Origin: Candidatus Dormiibacterota bacterium
GTDB taxonomy: Bacteria > Chloroflexota > Dormibacteria > Aeolococcales > Bog-877
Length of the DNA: 64,000 bases
Direction of reading: 5' to 3'
NCBI GenBank assembly: GCA_963804565.1
Contig: CAWDQV010000001.1
Span: forward strand, 1,558,643 to 1,622,642
Under the pieces are notes generated by a model. It was not told where the DNA came from. It saw nothing but the letters and a program-made list of their open reading frames with translations, and did not search any database. Position numbers and translations under genes: made by a program. Of this stretch, positions 27,060 to 36,374 are shown piece after piece. Within the stretch, counting starts at the first letter, position 1. Each line of letters starts with the position of its first letter.

Positions 27060-28721
27060 TCAGGCCTCTCGGCCGGCGTAGCCGAACTCAGCCATAGGGG
27101 AGGGCTCGGAGGAGCCCAACGCCTCCCCGGTGACCTCGATGACTCCAGCTCCCTCGGGCCTGGCATGTGGCCGACCGAAGATGGCGAATATCGTTCCGGC
27201 AACCACGAAACTCACCAAATAGGAGACATCTCCCAACTGCGGGTACGCGGAGGGTACCGGACCCACGAACCAGGTCTGGTTCATGAAGGGAACTGACACC
27301 GCCAGGCCCACCACCCAGGCGATGGTTCCCACCCGGATCCTCGAGCTCTGGTCGTAGAGGGCATGAAGGTCGTACGAGCCGCGGTGCTTGAAGAACCAGT
27401 CGACCAAGACCACAGCGACCCACGGGCCGATCCAGTAGGAGAGCAGCAGCAGGAAGTCGCTGTACTGGCTGGCGGCCTGGTTCGGGTTGCTACCTCCGAT
27501 TGAAAGGAGTCCTCCCAGGGCACCCACAACGATGGCGGCCTGCCAGCGCCGGAAGCGGAAGCGGACCGCTGCGGCCACCACCAGTCCAACCAGAATTGCG
27601 GCGCCAGCCACCACCGGAACCGCCACCAGAGGTTGCTTCTGGGATGCAAGGGTGGAGTTGGCCACCAGCAGCACCCCCGCCGTGACGGCCCCAAAGATGA
27701 GCCCTGCGAAGGCGGCCCGCACCAGTGGCGACCGATCGACCTTTATCACCAATGCCGACATCGAACCGCTGTAGATGTTGAGGGCGTTGGCACAGGCGGT
27801 ACCGACCGCGATCGCCAGCAGGGCCACCGAGGAGAGCGCGCCGGGCATGAGGAAGGCGATCGCGTTGGCCGGGTTCGCCGCCGTCGCCGCCGGCATGGCG
27901 ATCGACACGGTCAGTGCCCCCATCCACTCCAGCACCAGGCAGGGAATGAACATTCCGAGCGCGGTCCACCAGATGATGCTGGAGGGCTTGGTGACCTTGG
28001 GGAGGTACCGCGAGTAGTCGGACGCGAAGGGCATCCAACCCATGGCGTAGGAGAGCGCCAGCCCGATGGTGATGATGAAGCCGCCGGTCTGACCGCCAAA
28101 TGGGACCGGCGCCTTGGGGTTGAAGGGAAGCCCATAGTGGCCGGCCTTGAAGGTGAAGACCGCCAGGATCAGGAACACCAGTACCAAGGCGACGCTCATC
28201 CACTTCTCGAAGGCGTGGATCATGTTGTGCCCATAGACCGCCAACGCCACCTGGCCGACCACCATGATGGCGAGCGCGATGAAGTAGTTGAGGTGAGCGA
28301 GCTCCGCCAGAGCGAAGGTGCCGTATACGGTATTGACGGCGAACCAGCCGATCCCAGCCAGATAGTTGAGACCGGCCGGCCCGAAGTTGCCCAGCAGCCC
28401 GAAGGGGGCCCTCGACTGGATCATCTGCGGGACTCCGAGGCGAGGTCCGAAGGTGCTCAGAAGGCCAAGGAGGAGCGCGCCGAGAGCGTTTCCGATGGCT
28501 AGCGCGATGAATGCACCCACCATGCTCACACCGAAGGTTCCCACCGCCAGGTTGCCGATGACCCACGTAGCCAGGACCAGGTTGGCGGCCATCCAGAGGG
28601 TGAACATCTGGAAAGGCCTGCCGTGCCGCTGAGCCTCGGTGATGTGCTCTAGGCCTTGGGGTTCGATCTCAAGGACCTCGTCCCTGTACAGATGTCCAGC
28701 GCTGGCAGCACTTGCAGTCAT
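27060..28721 (-). CDS. NCS1 family (purine-cytosine/allantoin-type) permease
   Basis: 553 aa with about 12 or more hydrophobic helices. The N-terminus LEHITEAQRHGRPFQMFTLWMAANLVLATWVIG is typical of cytosine/purine permeases. Confidence 0.85.
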   Translation of the reverse strand: MTASAASAGHLYRDEVLEIEPQGLEHITEAQRHGRPFQMFTLWMAANLVLATWVIGNLAVGTFGVSMVGAFIALAIGNALGALLLGLLSTFGPRLGVPQMIQSRAPFGLLGNFGPAGLNYLAGIGWFAVNTVYGTFALAELAHLNYFIALAIMVVGQVALAVYGHNMIHAFEKWMSVALVLVFLILAVFTFKAGHYGLPFNPKAPVPFGGQTGGFIITIGLALSYAMGWMPFASDYSRYLPKVTKPSSIIWWTALGMFIPCLVLEWMGALTVSIAMPAATAANPANAIAFLMPGALSSVALLAIAVGTACANALNIYSGSMSALVIKVDRSPLVRAAFAGLIFGAVTAGVLLVANSTLASQKQPLVAVPVVAGAAILVGLVVAAAVRFRFRRWQAAIVVGALGGLLSIGGSNPNQAASQYSDFLLLLSYWIGPWVAVVLVDWFFKHRGSYDLHALYDQSSRIRVGTIAWVVGLAVSVPFMNQTWFVGPVPSAYPQLGDVSYLVSFVVAGTIFAIFGRPHARPEGAGVIEVTGEALGSSEPSPMAEFGYAGREA

Positions 28722-28801
28722 CGCACCTCCTCCCGCTTCAGATCCCGTCGCGTTCCCACCTGCCGTAGCGGTTCGCCAACCGCGCCGACTGCAGAGATTT
28801 T

Positions 28802-28817
28802 CCCCTACATGTAGTGG
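28802..28817. promoter_or_regulatory. Palindrome CCCCTACATGTAGTGG (perfect 10-bp core CTACATGTAG, 28805-28814) upstream of the NCS1 permease
   Basis: It lies between a minus-strand TTGACA (28825-28820) and a weak -10 (GAAAAT, 28802-28797), about 80 nt upstream of the permease start. Confidence 0.3.
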
Positions 28818-28977
28818 GCTGTCAAGACGTCAGGCACAATATCTGGCACATCCCGCTTTCCCCTGAGGAGGCCCGGGACGGCGTCGCTCGAACTCGGGCA
28901 CCGCGAGGGGGCCGCACTTCGCTCAGACGGATCCGCGACGTGCCCTTCGGATGTGCAGTTCCTCACGACCGAAGCCG

Positions 28978-29006
28978 TTGACAGATGGCTGAAGGGGAAT
29001 TACAGT
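28978..29006 (+). promoter_or_regulatory. Sigma-70-type promoter for the S53 peptidase gene
   Basis: TTGACA (28978-28983), a 17-nt spacer, then TACAGT (29001-29006, fits TANNNT). It is about 80 nt upstream of ATG 29086. Confidence 0.45.
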
Positions 29007-29085
29007 GCTGTCCGCTACGCGGCTGAAGTGGCGAGCGGTGGGCGCCGCTCTTCTTGGGAAATTGAACTGTGGGGAGGACCGGAAG

Positions 29086-31095
29086 ATGCGCCGAACGCAT
29101 GTGCATTTCGCGACGCTGTGTGCGATCGTGGGGGCCGGCCTAACAGCCGGCACGATGGGCGCGATTGGGGCCTCGGCGGCTACCTCGTCCACCGCCATGG
29201 TGCAGATCGCTGGCAGCTACATCGCCCCGAATTCGACGGTAACGGGTCAGTTCCAGAGCCCGAAGATGAGCGTCGAGGTGGTGGTTCAGCCAGGCAACGC
29301 AGCCGCTCTGAACACCCTTCTCACCGAGCAGTACACGCCTGGGAGCGCAGCCTACGGGCAGTGGCTCGCCCAGGGTCAATTCGACTCCGAATTCGCCCCT
29401 GCCGCTTCCACCACGGCGGCCCTGACCAGTTACCTTGAGGGCAAGGGACTGACCGTGCAGTCCACCAGCTCCCCGTTCCTTCTGCGCGCGATCGGCAGCA
29501 GTTCGCAAGTCGAGACCGCCTTCGCGACCTCGATTGACAACTACGTGAATCCCAACGGCATCTCTTTCTTCTCCAACAGCGATGCGGCGTCGCTGCCGAG
29601 CAGCTTGGAGGCCAGCGTCCTGGGAGTGGTTGGGCTGTCCAACACAGTTCGGCTTCACGACTCGGTTCAGGTCACCCAGACCAACCACCCGAAGCCGACC
29701 AGCTGCGAGACTCCCTATCCGTCCAACTTGAAGCAGCTGGAAGCGATCTTCGCTGGTGGCGCGTACGGCTACGGCGCGGGGCCGAACTGCACCGGTTTGA
29801 GTCCCTCGCAAACCAACAGCATGTACAACGCTCCCAAGGCAGGTGCGCGGGGAGAGGGCGCCGGTGTGACGGCCGCGGTATTCGAGCTCTCCGCCTATAC
29901 CCAATCTGACATCACGACTTGGGCGCACACGTTCTACGGAAACCAGTACAACCCGCGAATCACCAACATCCCGACCGACGGTGGTCCCCTTACCGACGCC
30001 GACTGCCCGAAGGGCGACACCTGCGTGGACGGGTACGGTGGCGACATAGAGGTTGAGGCGGACATCGAGCAGGTGCTGGCAGTCGCGCCGGACCTCAGCG
30101 ACCTTGAGGTTTACAACGCTCCCAACGACTTCACGGGTGCGACCGAGCTCGACGAGTACACCAACATCGCCAACCAGGACTCGGCCTCATCGATCAGTTC
30201 CAGCTGGGGCGTGTGCGAGCCGGATGCCGGACTCGGCTACGCCGAGGCGGAGAACCTCGTATTCGAGCAGATGGCGAGTCAGGGCCAGAGCATGTTCTCC
30301 TCAGCTGGAGACACAGGTGCCTATGACTGCATCCGGGATGGGACGCAGAGCACGTACGCAAGCCATCCCGAGCAGGTCGGCGATCCTGCCACGCAGCCCT
30401 GGGTGACCAGTGTCGGCGGTACCTCTTTCGAGACGGATAACCCCGGCACCAATTCCACCCCCAGCTATCCGACGGGCATCGAAACGGTTTGGAACGAGCT
30501 AAATCTCTGCAACGGCTCAACAACTGGAATGGCCGATTGCACCAACTACGGCGCCGGCGGTGGCGGAAGCAGCATCTTCTGGGGTCGCCCCGCCTACCAG
30601 CGCGGTCCCGGCGTCAACAACTCGAAGACCGTTTCGGGCCCAAGCAACTGCGCTACGGCGGCAGTCGGACAGGCCTGCCGCGAGGTGCCCGATGTCTCGG
30701 CTAACGCCGACGAGTTGACTGGCTATGCCGAGTACTGCACGGGCAACGACATAACCACGTATGCCTACGACTACAACAGTGTCTGCTACGGCATAACTGA
30801 TGCCGCCGCACCGGGCTGGTTCCAGATTGGTGGGACGAGCCTCAGTTCGCCACTGTGGGCTGCGATCCTTGCTGACCGCGACAGCTACCAGGGCTACCGC
30901 ACAGGCAACGCGAATTACCTGCTGTACTACCTGTTCAACGCGGACTACGGTCTCTATTTCCACGACATCACCGGGGTGCGCCAGACCGAAAATCAGAACG
31001 GTCTGTACCCAGTGACGCCGGACTACGACGAGGCGACGGGCATCGGGACGCCGAATATGTCGGCCCTGATCACCGGCGCCCCCGGCTACTTCTAG
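29086..31095 (+). CDS. Secreted S53 (sedolisin/kumamolisin-like) serine peptidase with pro-domain
   Basis: Signal peptide MRRTHVHFATLCAIVGAGLTAGTMGAIGASA, with GGGGAGGA 7 nt upstream of the ATG. A pro-kumamolisin-like activation region is followed by IGGTSLSSPLWAAILA (catalytic Ser motif). Confidence 0.85.
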   Translation: MRRTHVHFATLCAIVGAGLTAGTMGAIGASAATSSTAMVQIAGSYIAPNSTVTGQFQSPKMSVEVVVQPGNAAALNTLLTEQYTPGSAAYGQWLAQGQFDSEFAPAASTTAALTSYLEGKGLTVQSTSSPFLLRAIGSSSQVETAFATSIDNYVNPNGISFFSNSDAASLPSSLEASVLGVVGLSNTVRLHDSVQVTQTNHPKPTSCETPYPSNLKQLEAIFAGGAYGYGAGPNCTGLSPSQTNSMYNAPKAGARGEGAGVTAAVFELSAYTQSDITTWAHTFYGNQYNPRITNIPTDGGPLTDADCPKGDTCVDGYGGDIEVEADIEQVLAVAPDLSDLEVYNAPNDFTGATELDEYTNIANQDSASSISSSWGVCEPDAGLGYAEAENLVFEQMASQGQSMFSSAGDTGAYDCIRDGTQSTYASHPEQVGDPATQPWVTSVGGTSFETDNPGTNSTPSYPTGIETVWNELNLCNGSTTGMADCTNYGAGGGGSSIFWGRPAYQRGPGVNNSKTVSGPSNCATAAVGQACREVPDVSANADELTGYAEYCTGNDITTYAYDYNSVCYGITDAAAPGWFQIGGTSLSSPLWAAILADRDSYQGYRTGNANYLLYYLFNADYGLYFHDITGVRQTENQNGLYPVTPDYDEATGIGTPNMSALITGAPGYF

Positions 31096-31102
31096 GATCT
31101 AG

Positions 31103-31134
31103 TGACAGGGATGGGCTTCGGCCCATCCCTGTCA
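31103..31134 (+). terminator. Intrinsic-terminator-like hairpin after the S53 gene
   Basis: TGACAGGGATGGGC-ttcg-GCCCATCCCTGTCA. It has a perfect 14-bp stem with a tetraloop, 8 nt after the stop. The downstream tract is pyrimidine-rich (CTCCTCTCTTC) rather than a clean U-run. Confidence 0.6.
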
Positions 31135-31302
31135 GCTCCTCTCTTCAGTCCACCAACCACCGACGCGCCAAGTGCGCGTGTACCAAAGTTGTAAGCTGGA
31201 AGCGTCAGCTAGGCCCAGCCGGTGGCGGCATCTGTGTTAAGCAAGTAAGTCTCCCAATGCGCTCGTCGGACGGCGTCATTTGGAGTCCAGGAGAGATGAG
31301 CA

Positions 31303-32244
31303 ATGGCCGCACCATTCTTCGGGTATCACCTGCCCAACTACAGCTTTCCCGACACGTCCGGCGACGAGATCTTCGATCGTGTCGCCAACCTGGCGGTGGC
31401 GGCTGAGACTGCCGGATTCGACATGATCACCGTGATGGACCACTTCTACCAGATCACCGGGGTAGGTCCGGAAACGGAGCCGATGCTGGAGTCTTACTCC
31501 ACCTTGGCAGCACTCTCTCAAAGGACGGAGAAGGTTCGACTGAGCGCCCTCGTGACCGGGGTGACGTACCGAAACCCTGCTCTGCTGGCCAAGATGGTCA
31601 CAACTTTGGACGTGCTCTCCAAGGGGCGCGCGATCCTGGGGTTGGGGGCAGCCTGGAATGAAGATGAGCATGCCGGCTACGGCTTCGAGTTTCCACCTAT
31701 CGGCAGACGCATGGATCGCCTCGACGAGGCGGCCCACATCGCCAAGCTCATGTTCACCGAGGACCGACCGAGTTTCGCTGGAAAGTACTACCACATTGAC
31801 CGCGCGCTCAACGTACCCCGTCCGATCCAGAAAGGCGGACCGAAGATTCTGATTGGTGGGGCTGGCGAACAGCGAACCCTGCGGATCGTGGCCAAATACG
31901 CCGACATCTCGAACTGGTTCCCTGGTCTGGAGAACACCCAGCGCAAGCTCAGCGTACTTGAGCGGTACTGCGCCGAGGAGGGGACGGATTTCTCGGCTAT
32001 CACCAAGACCGTGATGCAACCCTGCCTGCTGGCGACTGACGAGGCCCAGGCGCGACAGATCAAGGAACGGATTCCTCCGGCCAGGCTTGCGATCACCGGC
32101 GATCCCCTGCTCCCGGAGCGGGCTGCCGAAGTGCTGCAGACATATTTGGACGCCGGGATCGATGGATTCACATTCGGCAATCCCAACCTCAGCAGCCCTG
32201 AGCTGCTGGCCGCCGCCGGTGAGATCAAGCGTCAGCTCAGCTGA
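31303..32244 (+). CDS. LLM-class (luciferase-like) F420-dependent oxidoreductase
   Basis: MAAPFFGYHLPNYSFP...FDMITVMDHFYQI...LSALVTGVTYRNPALLAKMVTTLDVLSKGRAILGLGAAWNEDEH is typical of this family. Confidence 0.85.
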   Translation: MAAPFFGYHLPNYSFPDTSGDEIFDRVANLAVAAETAGFDMITVMDHFYQITGVGPETEPMLESYSTLAALSQRTEKVRLSALVTGVTYRNPALLAKMVTTLDVLSKGRAILGLGAAWNEDEHAGYGFEFPPIGRRMDRLDEAAHIAKLMFTEDRPSFAGKYYHIDRALNVPRPIQKGGPKILIGGAGEQRTLRIVAKYADISNWFPGLENTQRKLSVLERYCAEEGTDFSAITKTVMQPCLLATDEAQARQIKERIPPARLAITGDPLLPERAAEVLQTYLDAGIDGFTFGNPNLSSPELLAAAGEIKRQLS

Positions 32245-32438
32245 GTCGCACGCCACAAACGGCGAGGTTCACGCCCAGTTCGGGCGGGATTTCGTCGCCG
32301 GCTGAGGCCATCGGCAACTCTCGCTAGATTGTGAGGACCCATTCAGGTGGCGCCCAGCCCCGTGGAGTTGACTGGGTGGGTGGTCAACCCATCCGCCCGA
32401 CATCCGGGCGGGGAGTGCCACCAATGAGGACCGAGAGT

Positions 32439-32693
32439 ATGAAGCGAATCACCAAACGATTACTCGTGGTCGGCGCCGCTGTGGCCGGTCTGGCTGGGCT
32501 CGGTTTTGGGGTCGCCTCCCTGACCGCCGCTACGGCCAGTGCCTCGGGGAACGTACCGGCAGCGCAGGTCGCGGCGTCGGCCACGCCGGCAACAACTCCG
32601 CCCACCGGACCTAACGGTGCCGGGCCGAATTCCAAGACCTGCCCCGACATGGCAGGCTCGGGGACCTCGTCTCCTTCAAGCGGCACTTCATAA
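32439..32693 (+). CDS. Small secreted/anchored Ser-Thr-Pro-Ala-rich protein (84 aa)
   Basis: MKRITKRLLVVGAAVAGLAGLGFGVASLTAATASA is a signal or anchor, followed by a low-complexity tail with one Cys. GAGGA lies 8 nt upstream of ATG 32439. It could be a non-coding artefact. Confidence 0.4.
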   Translation: MKRITKRLLVVGAAVAGLAGLGFGVASLTAATASASGNVPAAQVAASATPATTPPTGPNGAGPNSKTCPDMAGSGTSSPSSGTS

Positions 32694-32860
32694 GTTCGCA
32701 CCCTGGGGCGCCCGGTCCGCCGATGCCGTGGGACCGAGGCGCCCTTCTGCGACGGCTTCCTAGCTCTGTCGCTAGCCAGCCACGCCAGCGCACCAGAAGC
32801 GAGCTGGAAACTCCAAGTTCGCGCCCGGCTCGCCCGACATGGGTTTCTAAGACGGACGGA

Positions 32861-34003
32861 TCAGCGCAGAAGTCCGCGGGCGATCACCGTCCGCAGAAGT
32901 TCGTTGGTGCCCTCGCCGATCGCCATCAGAGGAGCGTCTCGGTACAACCGCTCTGCCTCGAATTCGGTGGAGTAGCCGTAGGCCCCGTGGACCCGCATGT
33001 TTTCGGTGGCCGCCCGGAGCGCCACCTCGGAGGCGAACAGCTTCGCCATGCCCGTCTCCACGTCGGCCCGTCCTCCTGACTGCAGTCGGGATGCAGCCCA
33101 CCAGGTGAGAAGCCGCGCTGACTGCACCTCGGTGGCCATGTCGGCGAGCTTGATCTGAATGGACTGGAAGTCGGATATCGGCTGGCCAAATGCATGACGC
33201 TGTTTGGCGTAGGCCAGGGACTGGTCCAGCGCCGCCTGAGCGACCCCGACGGCCCGCGCTGCCACATTGACCCGTCCCAGCTCCAGGGCGCTCAGCACTT
33301 GCTGCATGCCCTTTCCTTCCTCGCCTCCGAGCAGGTTCTCGCGCGGCACTTGGACGTCGCCAAGCTCGACCTCGCAGGTCTCAGGGCCCTTGTAGCCGAG
33401 TTTGCCCAGGTCCTTGGAGACCGCGAATCCTGGCATGCCCTGCTCCAGCAGCAGGACGCTCATCCCCCGATGAGCCGGCACTGCGGAAGGGTTGGTTTTC
33501 ACCAGTACTGGCAGCGGGTTGGCGTGACGCGCGTTGGTGATCCAGGTCTTGGTCCCCCGAACCACGTAGCGGTCGCCCTCCAGGCGTGCGGTCGTTCTGA
33601 TCCCCTGGAGGTCGGACCCTGCGTCCGGTTCGGTGAGAGCGATGCCCGACTGACGTATGCCGGTGGCTAGCTCGGGAAGGAAGCGCTGTCGCTGGTCTTC
33701 TGTCCCGTACTTGGCCAGCAGCCGGCAGGCTAGGGTGTGACTCCCGAGCACACCCGCCACGCCCATCCAACCTCTTGAGATCTCCTCGAAGGCAATCGCA
33801 AAGGAGACCAGGTCGAGCTCGAGCCCGCCGTAGTTCTCGGGGACCGAGATGCCGAAGAGGCCAAGCTGCTTGAGGCCGTCGACGATCTCCTGGGGATAGA
33901 GTCCCTGGTGCTCCAGGTCGTGCGCCGCCGGTGAAATCCGGTCAGCCACGAATGCCCGGAGCGTCTGGCGGAACAGATCCTGCTCCTGGCTGAGTTCAAA
34001 ATC
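32861..34003 (-). CDS. Acyl-CoA dehydrogenase
   Basis: VDFELSQEQDLFRQTLRAFV..., GIALTEPDAGSDL, YKGPETCEV, GAYGYSTEFEAERLYRDAPLMAIGEGTNE. The likely GTG start is at 34003. The upstream part of the 466-aa ORF looks non-coding. Confidence 0.9.
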   Translation of the reverse strand, partial: DFELSQEQDLFRQTLRAFVADRISPAAHDLEHQGLYPQEIVDGLKQLGLFGISVPENYGGLELDLVSFAIAFEEISRGWMGVAGVLGSHTLACRLLAKYGTEDQRQRFLPELATGIRQSGIALTEPDAGSDLQGIRTTARLEGDRYVVRGTKTWITNARHANPLPVLVKTNPSAVPAHRGMSVLLLEQGMPGFAVSKDLGKLGYKGPETCEVELGDVQVPRENLLGGEEGKGMQQVLSALELGRVNVAARAVGVAQAALDQSLAYAKQRHAFGQPISDFQSIQIKLADMATEVQSARLLTWWAASRLQSGGRADVETGMAKLFASEVALRAATENMRVHGAYGYSTEFEAERLYRDAPLMAIGEGTNELLRTVIARGLLR

Positions 34004-34181
34004 CACTGGAACATAAAGTAGGGCATTGCACATCCACAGGAGGGAGGTCGTGGGCGAGCAGCCTAGGTGCGGAGTTCGATACCGATGCCATTTCTCAGCC
34101 GACGCGTCCCTTTGACTGAATCGGTTTCCGTCCAGCCATCTCAGGGCGCGCGGGAGATCGAGCCCCGCTAGGGCGCCGGAA

Positions 34182-36368
34182 GTGAGCGACGACCCCGGCC
34201 TTCGTGCCCTTTTGGACCCCCAGTCGATAGCCATCATCGGCGCCTCCAGCGACAGTACCAAGATCTCCGGCCGGATCCTCGCCTACCTGCACCACAACGG
34301 ACAGCGATACGGCTTCCGCGGTCAGCTCTTCCCGGTCAATCCGAACCGGGAGGTGGTGCAGGGGCTGGTCGCCTATCCGGATCTCGAGGCCATTCCCGGG
34401 AAGATCGACTGTGCGATCGTCGTCCTCCCCGCCGAGCAGGCACCGGACGCTGTCCGACGCTGCGTCGCCCGGGGGATCAGGTCGGTGATGGTTTTGGCGT
34501 CAGGGTTTGCCGAGAACGGGCCGGCGGGAGCCGAGCTCCAGGCCGACTTGCTCCTCGCCGCAGCCGGTACTCGGATGCTCGGACCCAACTGCCTTGGGGT
34601 GGTCAATCTCTGGTCGGGGCTGACAGCCACGTTCACGACCGCGCTTGACCAGCTGGAGCTGCTTCCGGGCGCGGTCGCCTTGGTGAGCCAGAGCGGCGCC
34701 TTCGGCTCGATGATCTTCGGGGTCGCCCAGGCTCTCGGCCTGGGGCTGGCCTATCTGGTGAGCACCGGCAACGAGGCCGACATCACCGTCGCCGAGGTGA
34801 TCCAGGCTCTCCTGGAAGACGAGCGCGTCGGGGCCGTGATCGGGTATGTGGAGGGGCTGCGGGACGGGGATCGGCTGATTGCGGCCGGTCTTCGGGCGCT
34901 CCAGTTGGACAAGCCGATCGCTTTGGTCAAGGCTGGCGCGACGTCTGCCGGGGCGAGGGCGGCCTCGTCCCACACCGGAAGTCTCGCCGGTGAGGACTTG
35001 GTTTTCGATGGAGTCTTCCGGCAGCTGGGGATCGCCCGCGCGCGCGGAATGGAAGAGTTGCTCGACTTGGGCCAGATCTTTGCCACCGGGCAGCGGATGG
35101 CGGGGCCCAGGGCGACTGTCGTGACGATCTCGGGAGGGGCCGGGGTTCTGGTCGCCGACCTGTGCCAGGAGGCGGGGCTCACCACCCCAGAGTGGTCACC
35201 GGAGTGGCAGGCGGAGATGGCCTCCAAAATTCCCAAGTACGGTTCGGCGCGGAACCCGATCGATGTGACCGCCACCATGGTGTCTCAGCTAGACCGGCTG
35301 GAGGGGGTACTCGAGCTCTGCGCGCAGCACCCGGAGACCGACGTCGTGCTGGTCGTGCTGGGCAACGTCGCGCTGATGGAAGCCCAGGTCGTGGGAGTCC
35401 TCGCCCGGGTTCAGGCGCTCACCAGCAAGCCGGTGGTGGTGGTCTGGGTGGGTGGATCGGCTTCGGCGCGGCGCCAGCTGGAAGCCGTGCATGTGCCCTG
35501 TTTCTCAGACCCGGGTCGCGCGGTCCGTGCAATCTCGGTCCTGTATCAGTGGTCGCGGCGCCGGGAGGGGGAACGCCCGCTGGCGTTGATAGGCCCCCAC
35601 CCTCAGCGAAAGCGCGCCGCTGAACGGCTGCTGGCCAATGCTGCAGCGCGCCCGGCGCGGCGCCTTGACGAGCATGAATCCAAGCAACTCCTGTCTCTCT
35701 ATGGGGTTCCCGTGGTCGAGGAGCAGGACGTCTCCAGTACCGAAGAGGCGGTCGCTGCGGCACAGGCACTGGCGCTGCCAGTTGCCGTAAAGCTGCTCGA
35801 CGCCGACATCACCCACAAGACCGAGGTGGGAGGTGTGCGACTTAACCTGATCAGCGAGGCACAGGTAGAGAAAGCAGCGACCGAGTTGCTGGACGCGGGC
35901 AGTCGACTTGGGATGGATCGGCCCCGACTGATAGTCCAGCGTTCCCTCCCGCAGGGACTCGAGCTGATTGTGGGCGCCAAGGCGGACCCATCGTTCGGCC
36001 CGGTCGTCCTCGTTGGGATCGGCGGCATCTTGGCCGATGCCCTCGGGGACGTCGTAGTGGCCCGGGCCCCGATCACCCCGCAGCAGGCTGAGGAGCTGCT
36101 GGATCACCTGCGCGGAAGATCGGTGTTCGGAGCTGTCCCGGGCCGCCCGGCCCGTGACCGGGAGGCAGCCTGCGAGGTGATTGCAAGCGTCTCGGAGCTG
36201 GCGGCCGAACTGCATCCGCAGATCTCCGAGATGGATCTGAATCCGCTGATTGTCGGGGAGCGTGGGGCGGTAGTCGTCGACGCGCTGGTCCAGCTCACTC
36301 ACTCTGCCGGGCATCCGGCAGGGGCGCGGCAATCCCAGGATCGACGCCACCATCTCGATTGCCGGTAG
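34182..36368 (+). CDS. ADP-forming acyl-CoA synthetase (fused CoA-binding/succinyl-CoA-synthetase-like plus ATP-grasp domains)
   Basis: LLDPQSIAIIGASSDSTKISGRIL..., GPNCLGVVN, SQSGAFG. The C-terminal ATP-grasp region reads LDEHESKQLLSLYGVPVVE...PVAVKLL. Confidence 0.85.
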   Translation: MSDDPGLRALLDPQSIAIIGASSDSTKISGRILAYLHHNGQRYGFRGQLFPVNPNREVVQGLVAYPDLEAIPGKIDCAIVVLPAEQAPDAVRRCVARGIRSVMVLASGFAENGPAGAELQADLLLAAAGTRMLGPNCLGVVNLWSGLTATFTTALDQLELLPGAVALVSQSGAFGSMIFGVAQALGLGLAYLVSTGNEADITVAEVIQALLEDERVGAVIGYVEGLRDGDRLIAAGLRALQLDKPIALVKAGATSAGARAASSHTGSLAGEDLVFDGVFRQLGIARARGMEELLDLGQIFATGQRMAGPRATVVTISGGAGVLVADLCQEAGLTTPEWSPEWQAEMASKIPKYGSARNPIDVTATMVSQLDRLEGVLELCAQHPETDVVLVVLGNVALMEAQVVGVLARVQALTSKPVVVVWVGGSASARRQLEAVHVPCFSDPGRAVRAISVLYQWSRRREGERPLALIGPHPQRKRAAERLLANAAARPARRLDEHESKQLLSLYGVPVVEEQDVSSTEEAVAAAQALALPVAVKLLDADITHKTEVGGVRLNLISEAQVEKAATELLDAGSRLGMDRPRLIVQRSLPQGLELIVGAKADPSFGPVVLVGIGGILADALGDVVVARAPITPQQAEELLDHLRGRSVFGAVPGRPARDREAACEVIASVSELAAELHPQISEMDLNPLIVGERGAVVVDALVQLTHSAGHPAGARQSQDRRHHLDCR

Positions 36369-36374
36369 ACCCGG

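Noticed and set aside
28722-28800. A riboswitch in the NCS1 permease leader (TPP, purine or guanidine classes considered)
   Set aside because: I could not find conserved cores such as CUGAGA plus ACCUGAUCUGGAUAAUGCCAGCG for TPP, or paired ACGR-loop hairpins for guanidine-II. Only a generic hairpin is present. This needs a covariance-model scan to exclude fully.
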